Assembly (NCBI GenBank): GCA_964443695.1
Contig: CAYUDT010000002.1
Coordinates: 25,040-89,039, forward strand
Length of the DNA: 64,000 nt
Direction of reading: 5' to 3'
DNA from: an uncultured Conexibacter sp.
GTDB taxonomy: Bacteria; Actinomycetota; Thermoleophilia; Solirubrobacterales; Solirubrobacteraceae
Shown: piece by piece, positions 30,680 to 40,882 of the stretch
Numbering within the stretch: the first letter of the stretch is position 1
Layout: every line of letters starts with the position of its first letter
Made by a program: the position numbers and the translations under genes
The notes under the pieces: generated by a model
What the model was told of the DNA's origin: nothing
What the model saw: the letters and a program-made list of their open reading frames with translations, nothing else
Database searches by the model: none

Positions 30680-33589
30680 GTGTTGTCTCTTGGGAAGATC
30701 GCGGCCGGTCCTCAGGCGGCTCGGTACTACACCGACCAGGTCGCGCGCGGCCGCGATGACTACTACGCCGGCCAGGGCGAGGCGCCCGGCCGGTGGGCCG
30801 GAACGGGTGCCGCGTCCCTCGGCCTGGAGGGCGAGGTTGACGCCGATCAGTTCGCTGAGCTGCTCGGTGGTGCCGGGCTGCGCCAACCGCCGCGCGAGGG
30901 TGCCATCGCAGGGTTCGACCTGACCTTCCGCGCCCCGAAGTCGGTCAGCGTGCTCTGGGGCATCGCCGACGCAGAACTGGCGAGCGAGCTGCGCGCCGGT
31001 CACGATGCCGCCGTCGAGGACGCGCTCGGCTACCTGGAACGCGAGGCATGTTGGGCGCGCCGCGGTGCGGGCGGCAAGACGTAGGTCGACGGTCGCGGCT
31101 TCGTCGCCGCCGCGTTCACCCATCGAGCATCGCGGGCCGGCGACCCATTGCTGCACACACACGTCGTGGCGGGCAACCTCACGCAGGGCCCCGACGACCG
31201 CTGGACCGCGCTCGACGCCCGGCACCTCTACCGGCACGCGAAGACCGCCGGCTACCTCTACCAAGCCGCGCTGCGCACCGAGCTGACCGAGCGACTGGGC
31301 GTGAGCTGGAAGCCGGTCGAGCACGGCGTGGCCGACATCAACGGCGTGACGCGCGAGGTGATCGAGCACTTCTCGCAGCGGCGCGCGGAGATCCTCGAGC
31401 ACATGGCGCAGCACGGCGGACGCTCCGCCCACTCGGCGCAGGTCGCCGCGCTGGAAGCGCGGCGCGCCAAGGACGAACCCGGCGCCGATCGCCTGCGCGA
31501 GTTGTGGCGTGCACGTGCCGCCGAGCATGGCCTGGACCCGACGACCGTCAGCCGCCTGGCCACGCACGATCGCGCCGTGCCGCTGCCGACCGGCATCGAT
31601 GAGCAGCAACTGACCGAGCAGGCGAGCACGTTCGGTCGCGCGGAGTTGCTTCAGGAGCTGGCCCAAGCGCAACCGCGTGGCGCGCGGGCCGGCGAGCTGG
31701 AGCAGATCGCCGACACGATGCTTGCCGGGCGAGAGGTCTTCCGGGTCGAAGACCGCGCTGGCCCCGGCGGTGCGACCGAACGCCGCTACAGCACACGCGA
31801 GCTGCTGGACATCGAAGCCGACCTGATCGCTCGCGCCGACCGCAGCGACGATGCCAACGTCGCCGTCGCCTCGCAGGCGGCGCTGTCGGCCGCGCTCGCC
31901 GACCGCAGCCTGAGCCAGGAGCAGCACGAGATGGTCTGGGACCTCACCCGGCGCGGCGATCGCATCACGGTCGTGCGAGCCCCGGCCGGCGCAGGCAAGA
32001 CGTTCGCGCTGGATGCAGCTCGCGAGGCATGGGAGACCGACGGCACGCAGGTCATCGGCTGCGCGCTATCGGCCCGCGCCGCGCTGGAACTCGAGGACCA
32101 GGCCGCGATCTCATCGAGCACGATCGCCAAGCTCACCTACGACCTCCAGAGCGGCCACGAGCTGCCGCATGGCAGCGTGCTCGTGATCGACGAGGCCGGG
32201 ATGGTCGGCACCCGCGCCATCGCACAGCTCGCCGAAGCGGCAGAGCGCGCCGAGGCCAAGCTCGTCCTCGTCGGCGACGACCGCCAGCTCCCCGAGATCC
32301 AGGCCGGCGGCGCCTTCCACGCCCTCGCAAGCCGCCCGGAGGCGATCGCGCTGACCGAGGTCCGCCGCCAGGAGCAGGCCTGGGACCGCGACGCGCTGAC
32401 CGCACTACGCGACGGCGAGGTCGAGCGCTGGGCAAGGGCCTACCGCGACCACGGCCAGATCACCGTCGCCCCGTCCGCCCAGGAGGTCCGTGCGGCGCTG
32501 GTCAACGACTGGTCACGTGCCGACGGCGACCGGCTGATGATCGCCGCCCGCCGCGCCGACGTCCGCGACCTCAACCAGCGCGCCCGCGAACTGCTCCAGG
32601 CCAACGGCACCCTCGGCCCCGACGAGCTGATCGCGGCCGGCCGCGGGTTCGCCGTCGGCGACCGCGTCATCGGCTGCCGCAACGACCGCCACCTCGGCAT
32701 CCTCAACGGACAGCGTGGCACCGTCCGCGCCATCGATCGCGAGCATCGCTCGCTGCAGGTCGCTCTCGACACCGGCACGACCGCGGAGCTGGGCGACGAC
32801 TACCTGCGCGCCGGCCATCTCGATCACGGCTATGCGATCACCGCCCACCGCGCCCAGGGCGCCACCGTCGACCGGTCCTTCGTCCTCGGCTCTGAGGAGC
32901 TCCATCGCGAGTGGGGCTACACCGCCCTCACGCGCCACCGCCAACAAGCGCGCTTCTCCATCGCCGCACCAGAGCTCGGCGACACCCCCGACCTGCCCGA
33001 CCATGCCGACGCGCAACTCGACGCCATCAACGCGCTGCTGTTCCGCACGCACATCAAGACGATGGCGATCGACCAGCTCAGCCAGGCCGACCGCGCCGAT
33101 CTCGAGCGTGAGCGCGACGCACTCCGCCGGCAGTTCCAAGCCGACCCGATACCCGAGCGCCGTATCGGCGACGAGGCCGCCAACACCTACGACCTCGACC
33201 GCTGGACCGCCCAAGCCGCCGCCCGCCTGCGCGGTGCCGAACGCGACCGCGACCAGACCCCGTGGCATCGCCGCAGCGACCGCGCCGCACGCGACAACCG
33301 CGTCGCGCGCGCCATCGAGGATCACCACCGGCTCCGCGAGCGCCAGGCCAACCACCTGGCAGGCATCGACCACGCCGACCTCCTCGACGGCGCCTGGATC
33401 GACAACCACCTCGACCAAGCCCTCCGCTACGCCGCACTCGCCGACGAACTCCGTAGGCGTGACCGGCTCGACGACGACGCCGCAGGCCACGTCGAGCCGC
33501 GCCTGACCCGAGCACCCGACGGGCCCGGCCTGGACCGCCCCCACCACGCCACGCCGTTCCTCGACGACCACCTGGACATGGGCCTGTGA
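30680..33589 (+). pseudogene. MobF (TrwC/TraA-like) relaxase-helicase interrupted by an in-frame TAG at 31082-31084
   Basis: LSLGKI..YY..DDYY..GRWAG, GFDLTFRAPKSVS; after the TAG the same frame continues VDGRGFVAAAFTHRASRAGDPLLHTH; helicase motifs AGAGKT, VIDEAGMV, LVGDDRQL, GYAITAHRAQGATVD. Confidence 0.88.
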
Positions 33590-33789
33590 CCGACACCGGC
33601 GACCACGACCCCCTCAACGAGCTGCTCACCGCCGAGCAACTCGCCGACCTCCTGGGCATGCGCAAGTCCACCGTCGAGGACTACGCCCGCCGCGGCGTCC
33701 TGCCGTCGCTGAAGCTCGGACGCCACCGCCGCTTCGTCCGCTCCGACGTCATCCACACCCTCGACGTCCTGCGCCACGGCGACCGCTGA
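33586..33789 (+). CDS. Excisionase-like HTH (HTH_17) protein
   Basis: LLTAEQLADLLGMRKSTVEDYARRGVLPSLKLGRHRRF; GTGA overlap with the relaxase stop. Confidence 0.88.
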   Translation: MTDTGDHDPLNELLTAEQLADLLGMRKSTVEDYARRGVLPSLKLGRHRRFVRSDVIHTLDVLRHGDR

Positions 33790-33895
33790 AACGCACCGCG
33801 TTTGGTACCCGCGAGTGGTACCCGCGGCCATTTCGCGCCGCCCGGCAAACACTCCGAAACGACAGAAGTCCCGCGATTGCAGGGCTTCTAAGAGA

Positions 33896-33969
<74 letters not shown>

Positions 33970-34126
33970 GAGAAACGGTTCCCGGTTGGGAGGCGGAAGT
34001 ATGGCATCCGAAGCGCAACTCTGCGGTCTGCCCCCGGTTGTAGCGGTCAGTAGGACCCCACCCCACGCTTGGGGAAGGCCCGGCCGGATCATCGAGCTCC
34101 CCGGCCGGGCCGCAACCCAGGACCCG

Positions 34127-34156
34127 CGAGGCCTCGCCAGAAGTGGCGGGGCCTCG
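34127..34156. terminator. GC-rich hairpin, probable terminator
   Basis: CGAGGCCTCGCCA-GAAG-TGGCGGGGCCTCG, downstream of the YCF48-like gene. Confidence 0.6.
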
Positions 34157-34216
34157 TCATTCCCGGGTGCGACGTTACCGGCGAGGCGTCGCCGGCGCGC
34201 CGGATCGGTTGGCCTC

Positions 34217-36439
34217 CTACTTCTTCTTGGCGACCACCACGTCGAGCGCCTTGGAGCCGTCGCCGGCGCTCTTGAAGTCGCCCGCCCACTGGACGACGAA
34301 GCGGCTCGTGCCGCGGGGCACGGTCCAGGTCGTGGTGAAGGAGCCGTTGCCGGCGGTGTCGACCGTGACGTGGTCCCACTCATAGCTCCAGCCGGCACGC
34401 AGGTAGCTCACCGTGACGCGCTGGTTGGACACGCCCGGCGCGAGCTTGCCGCTGATGGTGACCTTGCCCGGCTTCTTCAGCTTCTTGACCTTGTTGAGGG
34501 TGATCTCGGAGTCCGCGCCGGCGTCGCCGCCCTTGGTGGAGGACAGCAGCGCGCTGTCGCCGCCGAGCAGGTAGTCGGCGTCGCCACCGGGGGCGGCGAT
34601 GCCCAGCGACTGGATCGGGCTGTTGATCACGAACTGCGGGTGCCAGGTGTCGCCGCCGTCGTCGGTGCGCAGCAGGTAGCCCGCGTCCTTGGCCGCGTCG
34701 CCGAAGCGGCGGATGACCAGGTAGCCCTTCTTGGCCGAGGAGAACGCCATGCCGACCGCATCGTCGGTGCCGACGCCCAGCAGCTGCGTCCACGTCCTGC
34801 CGCCGTTGGCGGTGCGGAAGATGCGGCCGTAGGAGTCGCGCAGGAAGCCCTGCGACGCCGAGGTGAAGTCGACCTGCTCGACGACCAGCCTGTTGACGAG
34901 CTTGCCCTTGACCCTCTTGTAGGTGCCCGGCTTGAGGACCTTCGTCCAGGTCTTGCCACTGTCCTTGGAGACCGCGATGTCCTGCTCGCCCCAGACGAAC
35001 AGCGCGCTGCCCGCGCGGTCGATGCCATTGAGCGGGTAGGCGGTGATCGCCTTGGAGGCGTTGCGCACGAAGGTGCCGCCGCCATCGGTGGAGCGGCGGA
35101 CGCTGACCGGTCCGACCGTCAGGACGTTGTCGTCGCTCGTGGCCAGGATCGCGGAGGCGCGGTTGGTCGTGCCCGTGTCCAGCGTGCTCCACGAGGTGCC
35201 GCCGTTGGTGGTCTTGAAGACGCCGCCGTCGGTGTCCAGCGCGTAACCGGTGCCGGCCGACGGGAAGGAGACGTCGGCGACATCCTCCGACGTGGCGACG
35301 TTGGCGCGCTTCCAGGTCTTGCCCGCGTCGGTCGTCACGGCCAGGTGGCCGTTGTCGCCCGGCGCGTAGGCCGACCCGGCGACCCCACCGGCGCGGACCC
35401 CGAAGTACTTGCCCTGCAGCCGACCGCCGACCGGCGTGAAGTTCACGCCGCCGTCGACTGACACGACGCTGGAGCCGTTGGCACCCGCGGCGGCGAGCTG
35501 CGTCGGCGAGGCGAACGCCGCCGCGTAGATCGGATCGGTCGAGGGGCTCACGAGCGTCGACGTGTCGCCCGCGTCGGTGGTGCGCACCAGCTGGTCGCCC
35601 TTCTGGGTGGCCATGACGCAGAGGTTCGCGTCGGCGCAGCGGATGGAGGTCAGGTTCTGGTTGCCCGCGCCGACATCCTTGGCCGCCCACGTCTGGCCGC
35701 CGTCCTTGGTGCGCAGGAAGATGCCCTGGTTGCCGACCGCAAAGCCGTTGGTCGCGTCGACGAACTGGATGTCGTTGATCTGGCGCTGCGTGTCGGAGAC
35801 GACCTTCCAGCTCTGCCCCGCGTCCGTCGAGGCGTAGATCTTGCCCTCGGAGCTGATCGCAAAGCCGTTGGTCGGGGTGATGAAGCTGATGTCGGTCGGC
35901 GTCGCCTTGCCGCCGGCCGCAGCGGTGCCGGGCACCGCGACGCGCGGGCTGTAGGTCGCGCCGCCGTCGGTGGTCTGGGTGACCGTGCCATCACCGAGCA
36001 GCAGCCAGCCCGTCTTCGGGTCGACGAAGCTCAGGCCGACCAGCGGCTGCGGGCACTTCGTCTCCTTCGGCGTGAACGGCATGCGCGTGAACGTCTTGCC
36101 GCCGTCGTCGGAGCGCCGGGCCACGCAGCCACCGCCGGCGATGACGGTGGTGGCGCTGAGCGCCTGCACCGTCGTGAAGGACTGGAAGGAGCCGACCTGC
36201 AGGCCGCTCCAGGTGGCGCCGCCGTCGGTGGTCTTCAGCAGCGTGCCGAAGTCGCCGGCGGCGAAGCCGGTCGGCCCCGCGAAGGACATCGAGCGGATGG
36301 TGTTGCCCTGCGGCAGCGGGTTGCCCCACTCCCAGCCGGACGAGCCGACCTGGACAGCGGCGTGGGCGAGGGATGGTGTGGCGGCTGCAGCCAGGACCAC
36401 GCCCGCTGCCACCGCCCGAAGCCAGCGCTTGGTGTTCAT
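34217..36439 (-). CDS. Secreted YCF48/BNR-repeat (Asp-box) beta-propeller protein
   Basis: Signal ending SLAHA; many [ST]xDGGxTW repeats; Lys-rich Ig-like C-terminus. Confidence 0.9.
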   Translation of the reverse strand: MNTKRWLRAVAAGVVLAAAATPSLAHAAVQVGSSGWEWGNPLPQGNTIRSMSFAGPTGFAAGDFGTLLKTTDGGATWSGLQVGSFQSFTTVQALSATTVIAGGGCVARRSDDGGKTFTRMPFTPKETKCPQPLVGLSFVDPKTGWLLLGDGTVTQTTDGGATYSPRVAVPGTAAAGGKATPTDISFITPTNGFAISSEGKIYASTDAGQSWKVVSDTQRQINDIQFVDATNGFAVGNQGIFLRTKDGGQTWAAKDVGAGNQNLTSIRCADANLCVMATQKGDQLVRTTDAGDTSTLVSPSTDPIYAAAFASPTQLAAAGANGSSVVSVDGGVNFTPVGGRLQGKYFGVRAGGVAGSAYAPGDNGHLAVTTDAGKTWKRANVATSEDVADVSFPSAGTGYALDTDGGVFKTTNGGTSWSTLDTGTTNRASAILATSDDNVLTVGPVSVRRSTDGGGTFVRNASKAITAYPLNGIDRAGSALFVWGEQDIAVSKDSGKTWTKVLKPGTYKRVKGKLVNRLVVEQVDFTSASQGFLRDSYGRIFRTANGGRTWTQLLGVGTDDAVGMAFSSAKKGYLVIRRFGDAAKDAGYLLRTDDGGDTWHPQFVINSPIQSLGIAAPGGDADYLLGGDSALLSSTKGGDAGADSEITLNKVKKLKKPGKVTISGKLAPGVSNQRVTVSYLRAGWSYEWDHVTVDTAGNGSFTTTWTVPRGTSRFVVQWAGDFKSAGDGSKALDVVVAKKK

Positions 36440-36505
36440 GGCGCTGGGAACGGCCGCCGACGGACAGAGGTGACGCGTGGCGGTCTCACTCGCGTCTCGG
36501 TTCTA

Positions 36506-37381
36506 ATGTTGGGCGTCGTGCGCCCCGCTGCGGACATCGTCATCCCCGTCGCGGGCACGCGCGCGCGTGTAGAAGAGGTCGTCACGCGGTTCGGGCGGTT
36601 GACGCTGCGCGACGGCGACACGCTGACGGTGGTGGACAACCGCGGCGTCGGGGCCGCCGGCGCCGTCGTCGCCGCCGACGTGCACACCTCCTACCACGCG
36701 CGCAACGCGGGCGCCGCGCGCGGCGTGGCGCCGTGGATCGTGTTCCTCGACGCCGACGTGGAGGCACCTGCCGGGCTGCTCGACGCGCTGCTCGGCGGCG
36801 ACCCGATCCCCGACGACGTCGGCGTCATCGCGGGCGGCATCATCGACACGCTGCCCGCGGACGGCGCCGGCCTGGCCGTGCGCTACGCGCACGCGTCGGC
36901 GGCGCTGTCGCACACGACCGTCGTTGACGGCCGCGGCGAGTGGGCGTTCGCCCAGACCGCCAACGCCGCGGTGCGGCGGTCGGTCTTCGAGACGCTGGGC
37001 GGCTTCCGGGAGGACGTCCGCTCCGGTGGCGACGCCGACCTCTGCTTCCGCGCGCGGGCGGCCGGCTTTCAGTTGCTCGTCCGGGGCGACGCCGCGGTCA
37101 GGCACGCATCGCGCGACACCGTCCGCGGCGTGCTGGGCAACCGCTTCCGCCACGGCACGGGCGCGGGCTGGCTGCAGTCCGAGCACCCCGGGTCGATGCC
37201 GCCGCGCCGCTGGCCGGGCCTGATCCTGTGGGGCGTCCGCCGCTTCGGGGCCGGCCTCGCCGCGGGCGTGCGCGGCGACCGCGACGGGTTCGCCAAGGGC
37301 GTGCTGGACGGCCCCGCGGTCTGGGCCTTCGAGCTGGGGCGCCGCGTCCCCAACCGCGAGCTCAGGCGTAGAAGGCGCTGA
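36506..37381 (+). CDS. Glycosyltransferase family 2
   Basis: DIVIP, VVDN, ARNAGA, IVFLDAD, TANAAVRRSVFETLGGF, GGDADLCFR. Confidence 0.88.
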   Translation: MLGVVRPAADIVIPVAGTRARVEEVVTRFGRLTLRDGDTLTVVDNRGVGAAGAVVAADVHTSYHARNAGAARGVAPWIVFLDADVEAPAGLLDALLGGDPIPDDVGVIAGGIIDTLPADGAGLAVRYAHASAALSHTTVVDGRGEWAFAQTANAAVRRSVFETLGGFREDVRSGGDADLCFRARAAGFQLLVRGDAAVRHASRDTVRGVLGNRFRHGTGAGWLQSEHPGSMPPRRWPGLILWGVRRFGAGLAAGVRGDRDGFAKGVLDGPAVWAFELGRRVPNRELRRRRR

Positions 37382-39455
37382 GGGCCAGCAGGACCGACGC
37401 GGCCCAGAGGCCGGCCATCGCGGTGAGCAGACCGCCCGCGATGGCGGGAGCGCGGGCGCGCCCGAACGCGAACGTCGCGCCGGCCGCGATGGTCGCGGCG
37501 ATCGGCGCGACCGGCAGGTAGTAGCGGCCGAAGGCACCGACGACGGAGGCACCGGGCTGCACCGGGAAGAACACCGCCTCCACCGCCAGGCACAACGCCA
37601 GCCCGGCGAGCGCCAGGATGACCAGCGGCGCGGCGTGGGCCCGCGCGTAGCGGCGCTCGCGCCGCAGCGCGTTCAGGGCGCCGGCCGCGCAGCCGAGCAT
37701 CGCCAGCAGGATCACCGCGTACACCCAGGTCGGGAACTGCACCACCGCCTGACCGAACGATGCCCACGCCTTCTCGACGTAGCTGACGAATCCGGGGTGC
37801 GAGGACTCCGCCGGACGCAGGTCCTCCATGCCGGGGGCCGGCGGGAGGAACAGCTCCCACAGCCAGGTGGCGTACGCGACCGGATGGTCCAGCGCGCGGG
37901 TCGGCGACCCGAGCGTGTCGCCGGGCGCGGGCGGGAACTGCTTGCCCACGGCGGACAGCCGCGCGGGTGTCGTCGGGCTGGCGGGGTGGTCGTAGGCCGC
38001 CGAGACACCGACCCAGACGACTGCCAGCGCCGCGACCGTCGCAGCCAGGGCAGCCAACGCCCGCGGCGCGGCGTCGCCCCTGCGCCACAGCGTCACCAGC
38101 ACCAGCGCGGCGGGCAGCCACAGGAACAGGCCTGAGCCCTTGGCCAGCGGTGCCGCCACCAGCAGCGCCGCCAGGCCGACCGCGCGCCGCATCGTCAGGC
38201 CGCGTTGCACCGTGCGGGTCAGCAGCGCCAGCGTCGCCGCCGACGCGGCGGTCACCGCGACGTCGTTGGACACCACGCCGGCCATGAACGAGACCATCGG
38301 CTGCAACGCGTAGAGCAGGCCGGCCAGGAGCGCGGGCCAGCGCGGGCGCGGCAGCAGCTCGAGCACGAGCAGCACCACGGCTGCCGCCGCCAGCGCACCC
38401 AGCAGCGCGCTGGTCAGCCGCATCAGCGTCAGGCGTGTCCAGAATGACGCCTTGGCCGCGACGAGCTGTGGCACGACGTAGGCCGCGTAGCCGACCGGCT
38501 GGTAGGGCGCGCCCGTGGAGTAGCCGCCCCCGTCATCGTGCCGGGCGCGACCGAGCATGTCGTCGGCCGGGTTGAACGGCGGGCGCCCCGATCGTTGGGC
38601 GATCTGCCCGGCCAGCTGCACCTGCTCGAAGGCGGCCTGCAGCTCGGTCGAGTAGGGCCGTCGCGACGACGGCCTGGTGTCCGGCGGCCGGCCGCGGAAG
38701 GCCAGCGACTGCGCGTAGGTGACGTGGTCGGTCTCGTCGGGCGCGTTCAGCGCGGGCTCGACCAGTGCCCACGTCGCACTCGCGCAGAAGGCGACGAGGG
38801 CGGCGACCAGCCACGGCCTGCGCGCCGCGAGCCCGACGTCGCCCGCGCAGCGGATCAGCGCCACCAGCGCGGCCCCGCCGAGCAGCGGCAGCGCCAGCAG
38901 GATCAGCCAGAAGGTCCAGGGCCCCACCAGGCCCGGGCGAAACAGCGCGGCGCGGTCGGCGATGTCCCCGAAGGACGAAAGCAGCGAGCGCCGCGCACCG
39001 ACCCGGGGCAGGTAGGTCACGTTGACCCGTGCGTCCTGCGCGACCCCGCCCAGCGTCGGCGCCGGGCGCAGCGGCTGACGGCCCGGCCGGCCCGCGAACG
39101 TCAGCGTCCCCGAGGTCAGGACGCAGACGCGCTGCGGCTGCCAGCCGCGGACGCGCGACACCGGGATGTCGAAGTTGCGCTGCCCACCGTCGGCGGGCGA
39201 CACGACCGCGGGCCGGGCCGGCTGGCGTCCCGCCTGCGCGGTGAGCGTGGCGTCTCCCAGCGCCTGAAGGCGGACGCGCTCGGTGCCCGGCGCGAGGACG
39301 AGCTGCAGGCACAGCGGTTGGCCGGGTGCCACCGCGAGCACCGGGCCCTGCGAGCCCGCGCCATTGGTGCCCAGCACGATGTCGCGCGGCTTCAGCAGCT
39401 GCCAGCCGAGCAGCAGCACCAGCGGCAGCGCCACCACCAGCGCGCCGCGTCGCAT
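37362..39455 (-). CDS. Polytopic membrane GT-C / DUF2142-like glycosyltransferase (start approximate)
   Basis: PALNAPDETDH motif, RLTSALL, GVVSND, LAK, FGRYYLP and many TM helices. Confidence 0.7.
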   Translation of the reverse strand: MRRGALVVALPLVLLLGWQLLKPRDIVLGTNGAGSQGPVLAVAPGQPLCLQLVLAPGTERVRLQALGDATLTAQAGRQPARPAVVSPADGGQRNFDIPVSRVRGWQPQRVCVLTSGTLTFAGRPGRQPLRPAPTLGGVAQDARVNVTYLPRVGARRSLLSSFGDIADRAALFRPGLVGPWTFWLILLALPLLGGAALVALIRCAGDVGLAARRPWLVAALVAFCASATWALVEPALNAPDETDHVTYAQSLAFRGRPPDTRPSSRRPYSTELQAAFEQVQLAGQIAQRSGRPPFNPADDMLGRARHDDGGGYSTGAPYQPVGYAAYVVPQLVAAKASFWTRLTLMRLTSALLGALAAAAVVLLVLELLPRPRWPALLAGLLYALQPMVSFMAGVVSNDVAVTAASAATLALLTRTVQRGLTMRRAVGLAALLVAAPLAKGSGLFLWLPAALVLVTLWRRGDAAPRALAALAATVAALAVVWVGVSAAYDHPASPTTPARLSAVGKQFPPAPGDTLGSPTRALDHPVAYATWLWELFLPPAPGMEDLRPAESSHPGFVSYVEKAWASFGQAVVQFPTWVYAVILLAMLGCAAGALNALRRERRYARAHAAPLVILALAGLALCLAVEAVFFPVQPGASVVGAFGRYYLPVAPIAATIAAGATFAFGRARAPAIAGGLLTAMAGLWAASVLLALSAFYA

Positions 39456-39547
39456 CGCGCGTGCGTCGCTCACCGCCGCGATCCTACGGGGGTGGCGGGA
39501 CTCAGCGACGCTGAGCGTCACCCGGGCCCACCACCTGGCGCGCTCGG

Positions 39548-40312
39548 TCAGGGGCGCAGGCGGCGCAGGCGGCGGCGCAACAGCTCGCGCCTCAGCGCGC
39601 GCCGGTCGGCGGAGATGGCGGCGGCTGCGACCTCCGGATCGACCTGGGAGGCGTGGGCCTCGTGGACCGTGCGCTGGTCGGTGGCCAGGCGCGCGACGTC
39701 GGCGGTGAGGCCACCCGGATGGCGGCGGTAGCGGATGGGCGGGCCCTCGACGCAGAGCGCGGGGTGGCCTGCTTCGCAGAGCCGCAGCCACAGGTCCCAG
39801 TCCTCGGCGGTGTGCACCGGGGCCGCGAAGCCCCCGGCCGCCTCCAGCGCGCCGCGCCGCAGCACCACCGACGAGGTCGGCACGGGGTTGGCCGCGTAGA
39901 GCTCGGCCGTGCCGAGCAGGCCGGCCGGCGGCCGGTCCCACCGCTCGCCCGTCTCGCGGTTGTCAGGACCGACGATCGTGGCGCGGCTGAAGGCCCAGCC
40001 GGCGCCCGGCGTGCCACAGAGGGCACCGCGCAGCGCATCGAGGTGCCCGGGCGCCCAGGTGTCATCGGCGTCGCACAGCGCGATGAGGTCGACGTCGTCG
40101 GCAAGCAGCGCCGCGCCCGCGGCGCGCGCGGTCGCCGGGCCACCCGCCTCGTCGCGGCGCAGCAGCTCCACGTCCCCAGGTGCCTCGTGGGGCAGCGGCG
40201 AGCCGTCATCGACGAGGACGACCCGGTCGGGCCGGTTGGCGAACACGCCGTCCAGCGTCTCGGCGAGGTACGGCGCGAAGCCGTGGACGGGGATGACGAC
40301 GCCGAGGCGCAC
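39548..40312 (-). CDS. Glycosyltransferase family 2
   Basis: VVIPVH, LVDDGS, IALCDADD, SSVVLRR, AEDWDLWLRL, YRRH. Confidence 0.9.
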   Translation of the reverse strand: MRLGVVIPVHGFAPYLAETLDGVFANRPDRVVLVDDGSPLPHEAPGDVELLRRDEAGGPATARAAGAALLADDVDLIALCDADDTWAPGHLDALRGALCGTPGAGWAFSRATIVGPDNRETGERWDRPPAGLLGTAELYAANPVPTSSVVLRRGALEAAGGFAAPVHTAEDWDLWLRLCEAGHPALCVEGPPIRYRRHPGGLTADVARLATDQRTVHEAHASQVDPEVAAAAISADRRALRRELLRRRLRRLRP

Positions 40313-40867
40313 TCAGCGGCGACGGTACTTCAAGGCGCACAGCGGGTCGAGCATCATCGCGTTGCGCGTCCGGAAGCCGCCGGTGCCCGGGCCCATGTAG
40401 CGCGAGTACTCGCGCGGGATGCCCGGCAGCGAGGACGGGTCGAACGTCCGCCCGTTGATGTTGAAGCCCTCGACGTAGACGCCGCCCTCGCCGCGGGACT
40501 TGTCGAAGAAGTAGTGCCCGGTGAACTCGTAGGTCTTCGTCGCGCCGTTGTCCTGGACGATCGAGCCGCGCCAGTGGTCGACCTGGAAGTACTTGCACTT
40601 CGGGCCCGCCGCCGCGACGCGCGCGGGCTCCTGCAGGAGGAAGTCGACGAGGCCGAGCTGGGTGATGTTCTGCCGGGTCTTGTCGAACTCGATGCAGAAC
40701 GGGTCGGCCTTCATGTCCGGGACCGTCGCACCGAAGCCGGCCTGCTGCAGCGTGCACGCGAACGCAGCGTCGCCGCCCCAGCCCGTCGGCGCCTGACCTG
40801 CTCGTGCCGGCGCCGCTGCCGCACCGAGCAGCACCAGCGTGGCGATCCCTGCCGCGACCCTCCGCAT
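40313..40867 (-). CDS. Secreted Cys-containing hypothetical protein
   Basis: Signal MRRVAAGIATLVLLGAAAAPARA; mature part has four Cys; abuts the GT2 start. Confidence 0.7.
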   Translation of the reverse strand: MRRVAAGIATLVLLGAAAAPARAGQAPTGWGGDAAFACTLQQAGFGATVPDMKADPFCIEFDKTRQNITQLGLVDFLLQEPARVAAAGPKCKYFQVDHWRGSIVQDNGATKTYEFTGHYFFDKSRGEGGVYVEGFNINGRTFDPSSLPGIPREYSRYMGPGTGGFRTRNAMMLDPLCALKYRRR

Positions 40868-40882
40868 GATGCTGATGGTAAC

